In this document: positions 28,589 to 36,110 of the stretch, in pieces
How positions within the stretch are numbered: position 1 is the stretch's first letter
Layout: each line of letters begins with the position of its first letter
NCBI GenBank assembly: GCA_039931675.1
Contig: JBDTRM010000169.1
Coordinates: 993-64,992, forward strand
Reading direction: 5' to 3'
Length of the DNA stretch: 64,000 nt
Source: Bacteroidia bacterium
GTDB lineage: Bacteria > Bacteroidota > Bacteroidia > AKYH767-A > OLB10
The notes under the pieces: model-generated
What the model was told of the DNA's origin: nothing
Seen by the model: only the letters and a program-made list of their open reading frames with translations
Databases searched by the model: none
Made by a program: the position numbers and the translations under genes

Positions 28589-29995
28589 ATGTTATTTAAT
28601 TGGATTGATGAAAAATTAGGGCCAAGAAATCTGATTAATAAAGATTCCGAAAAGGTTACTTATGTTCAGATAATGGGATTTATTTTAATAGGATTTGGTG
28701 TCAGTTACATAATGTTCTTTCAATTCCCTAAAAATGAAGCCAGTAGTAATGGGATGGCAGCTTCTTTTTTCCTAATAATGCTAGGAATGTCAATGTCTTT
28801 TCCATCTTTACTTAAAGGGCAGACAAAAGATGTTAGCACAATGCGAATAATTGTATTCATGTTTGCTAATGTGATTTGTATGCTGCTTCTTAAAATCGGT
28901 TGGGACAAACATTCATTAAGCGAGATTGGTTTAGACGGTTACTGGATGGGAGTAATTGCATTTCTCTTTGGAGCAAAAGCAACACAAGCATTTTTTGAAA
29001 ATGCAGACAAATTTTTTTCAAAGAAGCAAATCACTCCCCAAGAGATTTTAAGTGAAACAGTAGAAAAGAAAGACTTGGATATTAGTCAAATTGCAATTGC
29101 ACAGTTGGCAAAGATTCAAAATGAGAGTAAGTTACAAACTAAATTCCCAAATATAGTTTCTGTTAGCGATACCTTATTAGGAGGCAAATGCTGTCTGACT
29201 TTATATCTTGAAGACAATAACGGGAAAAATATTCCTGAATTTGTAACGGCAGAAATAAATGAAAAAACAAAAGTTCAAGTAAGAATCGAAGTAATTACCG
29301 ATTCGCCAGCAGCAATAACTCATATTGGTCAAGCAACTGATGAATTGAGTGATTCTGATAACCCAGAAGGGTTTGCTTCATTTTGCGCTTTACTTTCTAA
29401 TACAGATAATATAGATTTAAAATTTTTAGCAACTGCAGGCCATAATTTTACAAATGGTAACTTCAAGAGTATGGGAGGATTTATTTTTGATGATGAACAA
29501 AGAGCTGTTTTTATTAATGGAAAAACTAGAGGTTCTTTATTCTATCAACGAATGCACTTTACACAAGATTTGGCTATAGTAAAATTAAGCCAAACAGATA
29601 GTTTGCTAGAGAATTATATTTCTTTCAATAGTGGTTACAAAGAACTAAGTACTAACGATGTTAAAACTAAAGTTCCAAATGTCACCATCGCATCAAGGAA
29701 AAATATTAATAGAAATGGTTCAAATATTCATGATGCATTTGTACTGGATATTAATATTCCTTTTGATGTCATGTATAATGGTGAAAAGAGGCGACTTCAA
29801 AATGTGATTTTATTAGGAGACACTAATGAACCCGACAAATCTAAAGAAGTTTCAATGCGGGGTGATTCTGGAAGTCCTGTTTATTGCAACCAAACTAAAA
29901 AACTTATTGGTATTTTGATTGGAGGGAATGGAAAATTCTCCTTTGTATTACCACTAAAAGATGTACTAGAAACAAACAACTTTAAATTAATATAA
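28589..29995 (+). CDS. Membrane-anchored trypsin-like (S1/chymotrypsin-fold) serine protease
   Basis: 468 aa. Four N-terminal TM segments. Catalytic triad context TAGHNF (His), DLAIVKL (Asp), GDSGSPVY (Ser). Confidence 0.85.
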   Translation: MLFNWIDEKLGPRNLINKDSEKVTYVQIMGFILIGFGVSYIMFFQFPKNEASSNGMAASFFLIMLGMSMSFPSLLKGQTKDVSTMRIIVFMFANVICMLLLKIGWDKHSLSEIGLDGYWMGVIAFLFGAKATQAFFENADKFFSKKQITPQEILSETVEKKDLDISQIAIAQLAKIQNESKLQTKFPNIVSVSDTLLGGKCCLTLYLEDNNGKNIPEFVTAEINEKTKVQVRIEVITDSPAAITHIGQATDELSDSDNPEGFASFCALLSNTDNIDLKFLATAGHNFTNGNFKSMGGFIFDDEQRAVFINGKTRGSLFYQRMHFTQDLAIVKLSQTDSLLENYISFNSGYKELSTNDVKTKVPNVTIASRKNINRNGSNIHDAFVLDINIPFDVMYNGEKRRLQNVILLGDTNEPDKSKEVSMRGDSGSPVYCNQTKKLIGILIGGNGKFSFVLPLKDVLETNNFKLI

Positions 29996-29997
29996 GA

Positions 29998-32475
29998 ATG
30001 AAAACTCTATTTACAACAATTCTACTTGCGTTAGCAAGTTATGCCTTCGCTCAAACTGGGAAGGAAATTTACCTTAAATGGGATAATAACGAATTAAAGA
30101 TTGAACGCGGAGATACATCAAGTATTGAACTTCCCTTCGCTTTAAGATTCAAAGAAGCAAATTTTAAGAACAAGGAACTTAAATGGAAAAATGGCAATAC
30201 TGTAATCCCCGGAACTACTAAAAAATTCGGGACAGATATTAAATTAACCCTTGAAGATAATGGGTATTACAAAATTATTATGGAAATTAATGAAGGAAAA
30301 GTTGTTTCCAGCATCCTTGGTGAAACTAATCTTCCAAACAGTTCCATTACTCTTGAAATATCAGGAAAGTCAATCACATTTAATTATAAGGGGGGTAAAA
30401 AAGAAGAGCGTGATACAGGTGATAAGAATAAAGAAAATGAAGTAAAATATACCGCTGGATATATTTACTATGATGCAATGGCATTGGTTTCAAATAAACT
30501 TTCGCCAAAAGATAAACTCGAAATTTTAGAAAGCTATGGTTACAAAGGATCTGAAAACAATCCCTATTTAAAAGGCATATTTGATGAAGAAAATGTAAAG
30601 GCTGGTGCACATGTATCGTTGAGTCCGGGTGCCTTGTTAACCAATATCGGCAACACCGATGTAACCAATTTCGCAGCAGGTTTAGCAAGGTTTCTTGCTG
30701 AAAGAACAAAGGAAGAATTGAACGAAGCATTTTTCAAAAAGATGAAAGAGCAATTGAATGCTTATCCCGAATTAAAAACTGCTTTCCCAACAACCGCCTC
30801 TTTCTTAGATATTATTGAAACCTACTCTTACGCATCGGTTATTCAGGTTTTGAAAGAAGCATTTGAAACGGATATTCAGAATTTGCCTGAGAATTTATAT
30901 AGCATAAAAAATTTGACTTCCGCTGCGTGTAATGAAAACCTCATTTGTGGCAAAAATATTAAAGGAGAAGACAAAAAGGATTGTGATAAATATAAAGACT
31001 GTACATTAAGACTTACTAATTTGGAAAATTTTTTCAAAACAATGGAGGGGCATTGGGTGGCTTTAGGCATGTTCTCACTTAAAGAAGGAATTCAATCAAC
31101 TAATCCTGCCGAGTTATTAAAATCTATTGCTTCATCAACAGAATTTGATAATCTTAAAACGGCATCTGCAAAGTTGAAGCTTTATAATGATTATAACATT
31201 ACTTCTTCCATTGAATTGAGTAATCTTATTTCGCAAAGTTTAGTTAGTAATGAAGTTAATCAGGTTTGGATTTCTACAAATCAAATCAATTCTTTATTCA
31301 ACACCAAAGACGCATTTAAAATTTACTTAGGACTTCTCTTGGCAAAAGAACTTAAAGGGGATACTAAAGTTGAATTTTATGACTCATCTCCAAAACTTGT
31401 TTCATTCGGAAAAATTTTATCGGATAGATATCAAACTTACACAGAGTTTGAAGGTTTAATTAAAAATATCTTCTCAGCATATAATGCTACAAACAATGCT
31501 GTAAAGAAAATGCTTGCTGCATCTGAAAAATCAGTTGAAGCAGACCCACAAGCACTTTATGACTATTATAGAACCTTTACATCATCCTTAAAACCAATTG
31601 CGCATAGTCCATTATTGAAAACAATAACTGGTAAAGACATTGGTGCAGGGTACGACAAAGTAGAACAATTTTTAAATCCTGCCGTTGATATTGCGTATCA
31701 CATTTCTACAAAAAAATATTCTGCTGCAATTTATGATGCATCAATTCTTTTGAGTGCTTTAAACGAGCTTAAAGTAACAACGACAGATGAAAAAGGAAAA
31801 GTAGTAGAAGAAAAATATGATGGCTTTAAGATAGTCACAAAATCTTTTCTGAAATATGGAACCCTGATTTCAACAGTTGCAAATGCTCAAACATCTGAAG
31901 AAGTGAAAAAGGCAATTGAAGCATCCGTATTGCCGGTTGGAAGTTCTTCAATCAAAAGAAACTCTAATTTCAGTATTTCCGTCAATGCTTACGTAGGTGG
32001 GTTTTATGGTAGAGCATATACCCATGAGATGGAATACAAATACGATTCTCTCATGAATCCCATTGATACAAATCGAATTAAAAAAAATTATCAAACTTTT
32101 GGATTGTATGCTCCCATCGGAGTTTCATTCAATAAAGGCTCTAAATGTGGCTGGGGAGTTAGTGTAACAGCCCAACTATTGGATTTGGGTGCACTTGTAA
32201 ACTTTTATTTAACTGAAGGGGATCAAACTGCCCTTCCTGATGATTTCAAAATTAGATTATCAAATATCTTTGCTCCGGGTGTGCAGTTAGGCATTAATAT
32301 TCCGAAGACCCCTCTTACATTAACGGGTGGATTCCAATATGTTCCGGCATTATACCAGACAGACCAGATATCTTCTTCATCAGAAATTATTGCATCCAAT
32401 GCAGTACGATGGCACATTGGATTGGTGGTTGATATTCCTTTGTATAATGTAAAAGTTTGGGATTTTAAGAAATAA
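29998..32475 (+). CDS. Large secreted hypothetical protein (helical core, beta-rich possibly membrane-embedded C-terminus)
   Basis: 825 aa. Signal peptide MKTLFTTILLALASYAFAQ. 2-nt gap from the protease gene. No family recognised. Confidence 0.8.
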   Translation: MKTLFTTILLALASYAFAQTGKEIYLKWDNNELKIERGDTSSIELPFALRFKEANFKNKELKWKNGNTVIPGTTKKFGTDIKLTLEDNGYYKIIMEINEGKVVSSILGETNLPNSSITLEISGKSITFNYKGGKKEERDTGDKNKENEVKYTAGYIYYDAMALVSNKLSPKDKLEILESYGYKGSENNPYLKGIFDEENVKAGAHVSLSPGALLTNIGNTDVTNFAAGLARFLAERTKEELNEAFFKKMKEQLNAYPELKTAFPTTASFLDIIETYSYASVIQVLKEAFETDIQNLPENLYSIKNLTSAACNENLICGKNIKGEDKKDCDKYKDCTLRLTNLENFFKTMEGHWVALGMFSLKEGIQSTNPAELLKSIASSTEFDNLKTASAKLKLYNDYNITSSIELSNLISQSLVSNEVNQVWISTNQINSLFNTKDAFKIYLGLLLAKELKGDTKVEFYDSSPKLVSFGKILSDRYQTYTEFEGLIKNIFSAYNATNNAVKKMLAASEKSVEADPQALYDYYRTFTSSLKPIAHSPLLKTITGKDIGAGYDKVEQFLNPAVDIAYHISTKKYSAAIYDASILLSALNELKVTTTDEKGKVVEEKYDGFKIVTKSFLKYGTLISTVANAQTSEEVKKAIEASVLPVGSSSIKRNSNFSISVNAYVGGFYGRAYTHEMEYKYDSLMNPIDTNRIKKNYQTFGLYAPIGVSFNKGSKCGWGVSVTAQLLDLGALVNFYLTEGDQTALPDDFKIRLSNIFAPGVQLGINIPKTPLTLTGGFQYVPALYQTDQISSSSEIIASNAVRWHIGLVVDIPLYNVKVWDFKK

Positions 32476-32699
32476 CGATTACGCTATATTTTATTTGATG
32501 GAGTTTAATTACGATATCATTAAAAATATTGGATAAAAAGTTTTAATACCAGGCAGTATAATAAATTCATTTGTAAAATAAATAAATTGAATACGCTGAA
32601 ATCTTTCAACGGATGTAATGCTATCTTTTAGTAAATTAGTAATTATATTATTTCAAATTGTATTGTTTTAAGAATACAATATCTTAAATTTTCAATATC

Positions 32700-33308
32700 A
32701 TGATTTTACTACAGGATACCTTATCATCTTTTGCCAATCTACCCGACATTCTTAAGTTCGGATTAGTTGGATTAAGTGCAATTGTACTAATCCTCGCATA
32801 CAATTTACTTTCTAAAGAACAGTCGCGAACTGGCGCTGCTCGCGAAAACATTCTGAAAACAATTAAAACATACATGTGGATTGCCTTGGCTTTTTTAATT
32901 GTTTCTGGAATTTGGTCAGTTATTGATAAGTTAATTTCAAAACCGCCTGCAACTGATCTTGCTAAGCAGGAGAGCCCCGTCATTAAAAACTGCAATAAAA
33001 ACTTTGTATTGAACTTTTCTCTCGATCCTGATTTGACTGAATTAATCACAGATAGCGACTCCCTCGAATTGCAATACAGGGTTAGACGTACTGAAACTAA
33101 ATTGAAAACAGTTCCTGTTGAAAGAGCCAAAGGACAGGGGTTCACAGCCTTTATTGATAGTCTTGACAATGATGATATTTACGAGGTTAAACTTATTAAT
33201 AGAACAAAAAAGATATTTTGGGAAAATACTGATGCGGTTTCGGTCAACTATACCTTTACTAAACTCATTCATTCTCCGGAGGATAAGTTAAAAAATTCAA
33301 TTCAATGA
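32700..33308 (+). CDS. Two-TM membrane protein with beta-rich C-terminal domain
   Basis: 202 aa. TMs FGLVGLSAIVLILAYNLL and YMWIALAFLIVSGIWSVI. Its stop overlaps the next start (ATGA at 33305-33308). Confidence 0.7.
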   Translation: MILLQDTLSSFANLPDILKFGLVGLSAIVLILAYNLLSKEQSRTGAARENILKTIKTYMWIALAFLIVSGIWSVIDKLISKPPATDLAKQESPVIKNCNKNFVLNFSLDPDLTELITDSDSLELQYRVRRTETKLKTVPVERAKGQGFTAFIDSLDNDDIYEVKLINRTKKIFWENTDAVSVNYTFTKLIHSPEDKLKNSIQ

Positions 33309-34261
33309 AAAAAAATATTTTACTATTAATATTCTTCACTTTCATAGTCTTTGCAGCAAATTCTCAAATGCGTTTTGCTGAAAAATCTCAGGATGTTTTA
33401 TTTAATGTTCAAACTACCAGCTATTCCAATGGCGTGACTAGATGGGATGTCACTGTTGATAGCAATGACAATCAGTATGATAGCATAGTAGCTATAGAGT
33501 ATAATCTCGATGGACTATTATTTAAAAATCCTGTAAGGAAAAGCGTTAACCCTAAGAATAATTTTCTGCTTACAACTTTTCACACAGTCGAAAGTAATAT
33601 TGAAGCCGTTGTCCATTTTAAAAATGGCGATGTCAGTAAAACAAAAGTACTTCTGAGCATTAACTCACAATCAACATTGCAGATTAATAATACGGCTAAA
33701 CAAATCAAATCTGGTCTTTGGGAATGGGAAGCATTTCTAACAGGCAATGCCCAAGAAATTAATAATGTGGATTACATCATTTATCAGCTACATCCTACAT
33801 TTAAAGAGCCTTATCAGAAGATTGATAAACGTGGCGATTTAAATAAAGCTTTTGCGCTAAGTGCAAAGGGCTGGGGTATTTTTATACTCAAGGCAACTGT
33901 TTACTTTAAGGATGGAAAAACAATATCACTTCGGCACGTTCTTAAATTTAATACCATAAAAGTTGATGTTTTTTACCTTGAAAGTACTCAATCCACATCA
34001 CATACATCAGCGGAAAAAATTGCACAGATTATTAGTAACAATAGCGATTTTAAAGCCTCCCCTAGGTTACTTACCGATATTATTAACGCTGGTGAAGGTT
34101 ATCGCCTTTCTGAAAATCAGATAAGGTATAACATTCTCGAAAATGATTATGTTACAACCATAATCAAAATGCTAAGTAAGGAAGGAGTAAATTCCACTTT
34201 TAAAAAGAATTTAATTTCTTACGATACACCTGAGTATATTTCAATATTTATTGTCAGGTAG
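33305..34261 (+). CDS. Exported protein with two tandem prokaryotic-YEATS-like domains plus an unknown C-terminal domain
   Basis: 318 aa. Signal peptide MKKNILLLIFFTFIVFAANSQ. The second repeat, WEWEAFLTG...VDYIIYQLHPTFKEPYQ...SAKGWGIFILKATVYFKDGKTISLRHVLKF, follows the YEATS pattern (W.W..., V.F.LH.SF..P, G(W/Y).GF, v.F...). The first repeat is weaker (RWDVTVDS...VAIEYNLDGLLFKNP...). Confidence 0.7.
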   Translation: MKKNILLLIFFTFIVFAANSQMRFAEKSQDVLFNVQTTSYSNGVTRWDVTVDSNDNQYDSIVAIEYNLDGLLFKNPVRKSVNPKNNFLLTTFHTVESNIEAVVHFKNGDVSKTKVLLSINSQSTLQINNTAKQIKSGLWEWEAFLTGNAQEINNVDYIIYQLHPTFKEPYQKIDKRGDLNKAFALSAKGWGIFILKATVYFKDGKTISLRHVLKFNTIKVDVFYLESTQSTSHTSAEKIAQIISNNSDFKASPRLLTDIINAGEGYRLSENQIRYNILENDYVTTIIKMLSKEGVNSTFKKNLISYDTPEYISIFIVR

Positions 34262-34397
34262 TTTCCTCTGTTTGTTGCTTTCCTTATTCCTTTCAAACAG
34301 CCTTCCCCTTTCTCACATTTTAATTCCCAAACTATTCTCATTCAAAATTTAAAACTTACTTAGCAGGTTGAAAATGTAAAACAGCATCCCAATAAGT

Positions 34398-34733
34398 ATG
34401 AATGACAATACAACCCTTGAAGCAGTATCAAAACAAAAGAAACCTGCCAAACCCAAAAAACAATCCTCAATAGAAGAAACCCTCTGGGACAGCGCCAACA
34501 AACTCCGTGGCTCTGTTGAATCATCCTAATACAAGCACGTAGTGCTGGGTTTGATATTCCTCAAGTTTGCGAGTGATAAATTTGAAGAACGCAAAAAAGA
34601 ATTGATTGCCGAAGGCAAAGAAAAGTATATGGACATGGTAGAATTCTACACCATGCGCAACGTATTTTATTTGGCCGACATTTCGCGGTGGAGTTACCTC
34701 ATTGATAATGCCAAGCAGGCCGACCTCGCTTAA
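34398..34733 (+). pseudogene. hsdM: Type I R-M methyltransferase (hsdM) N-terminal remnant, with in-frame stop and 3' truncation
   Basis: The translation ...[44 protein letters not shown]... is the canonical HsdM N-terminal domain. TAA at 34527-34529 replaces the usual Glu of SEYKHV. The frame ends at 34733 after about 110 codons, far short of a full HsdM. Confidence 0.8.
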
Positions 34734-34821
34734 AGTTGTTTCTATTTATGGGTAGAAACCCTCTTTATTTTTTGCTCAATCTTCATCCTTACAACAATCC
34801 ACTCCCCTCTGTTTCTGGTCT

Positions 34822-34846
34822 GAGAGAGAGAGAGAGAGAGAGAGAG
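34822..34846. repeat. (GA)12 dinucleotide microsatellite
   Basis: GAGAGAGAGAGAGAGAGAGAGAGAG read directly. Confidence 0.95.
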
Positions 34847-34902
34847 GTTGGGGATGTGTCAATTTCACTCTGATATTTCAAGGCATACTCCTCCAAAACA
34901 TT

Positions 34903-34923
34903 TTAATGTCACAAAAATGAAAG
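34903..34923. promoter_or_regulatory. Second copy of the 21-nt box TTAATGTCACAAAAATGAAAG
   Basis: Identical 21-mer to 28461-28481, followed by the small palindrome TGAAAGCTCTCTTTCA. Confidence 0.45.
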
Positions 34924-35254
34924 CTCTCTTTCAAATCATCCCTTTTCACTCGCTAAATTTATTAATAAAAACAATTGTTGTCCCTCTTCTCTCAATTTGC
35001 GTGAGTCACACAAGCCTCTGCCCCCAAAATTGGGAGTATATGTCTTATTGCTTTTGATTATGATCTTCCTTCTATGTTTTTTTTGAGGAGAGTTTTTAAG
35101 ATATAATAAAGTCAAAACCAATTTGGCACTCAAAATACCCACCCGCATTCCCTCAAAATATTACCGTGTTCTTTTCTGAATAACCACTTTCCAATTTACG
35201 ATTGACTTGGCTCGTAACCTACTGTATGTTTGATCTCAATTACGAATAAAAAAC

Positions 35255-35288
35255 ACGGAGTTAGCCGAAAATCCACTAAAGAGTAGGC
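35255..35288 (+). promoter_or_regulatory. Conserved 34-nt leader motif, copy C
   Basis: ACGGAGTTAGCCGAAAATCCACTAAAGAGTAGGC. Ends 18 nt before ATG 35307. Confidence 0.55.
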
Positions 35289-35306
35289 AATAAAAAAATA
35301 AATGCC

Positions 35307-36098
35307 ATGAAAAGAATTAATTTTTATGTGTTTCTCCTGTTACTTTTATCTATTGCCTGTCATGATAAAGATGTGTCTGTTCCCGCAGCCAATAAAAACA
35401 CAATTGAAAACACATTCGATATTCCCGTTAAAATTAAAGGCACGCCTTTTCTCTCAATTCAACTGCTGCAAAAAACCTCTTATGATGTTGCTAACAGCTT
35501 TTATTACACAACCATCACTTTAAAAGTGATTAACACGTCCTCTTATTATTTGGATTCAGTAAAATATGAAGTGCTGTTTTTTAACGATAGCATCAAATCA
35601 TATTTAAATCTGGTAACCCGGTTTATAGGCACTGCTACCAATCTCGCTCCTGGCGGATTCACTGGTTACATTGATTTTTATGCAGGTCGGATAACAAATA
35701 TTACATCTGATTTTTTCGAAGCGGTAGTTATTAAACCCTATGCTTCAGGTTTATCCGCAAGCAATTTTTCGGGCGCCTGCTCAGGAAACTATACATTGTT
35801 TTCAGGTTATACTGATACCCATAAATCAGATGATCTTTCTTTTGGATATGTAGATGCGGGGGGAAGCTTAAAAATCTATATGAATCACGACTCAAACAAT
35901 CTGATTTTTAAAGCAATCATTGATGACGATGGTATAGCCTATGGAAAGCTATACGACTACTATAATGATCCCATTGAATTTAATAACGCTGCCGATCCCA
36001 TTCTAGGCTCTTCAAATGATTTTACTATCAACTTCAAAACCGATATTAACAATCCCGATAGTCTTCATATACTCAGGTTTTCATTACAAAAATCTTAA
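35307..36098 (+). CDS. Hypothetical lipoprotein
   Basis: 263 aa. Lipobox LLLLSIACHDK. Beta-rich. No family recognised. Confidence 0.7.
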   Translation: MKRINFYVFLLLLLSIACHDKDVSVPAANKNTIENTFDIPVKIKGTPFLSIQLLQKTSYDVANSFYYTTITLKVINTSSYYLDSVKYEVLFFNDSIKSYLNLVTRFIGTATNLAPGGFTGYIDFYAGRITNITSDFFEAVVIKPYASGLSASNFSGACSGNYTLFSGYTDTHKSDDLSFGYVDAGGSLKIYMNHDSNNLIFKAIIDDDGIAYGKLYDYYNDPIEFNNAADPILGSSNDFTINFKTDINNPDSLHILRFSLQKS

Positions 36099-36110
36099 TA
36101 CACATACACT

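Noticed and set aside
32684-33169. 161-aa minus-strand ORF
   Set aside because: It is antisense to 32700..33308, which has clear TM segments and ATGA coupling to the next gene.
34848-35148. 69-aa and 70-aa ORFs in the gap after the hsdM remnant
   Set aside because: They are short, mutually overlapping on opposite strands and feature-poor. The region carries regulatory boxes instead.
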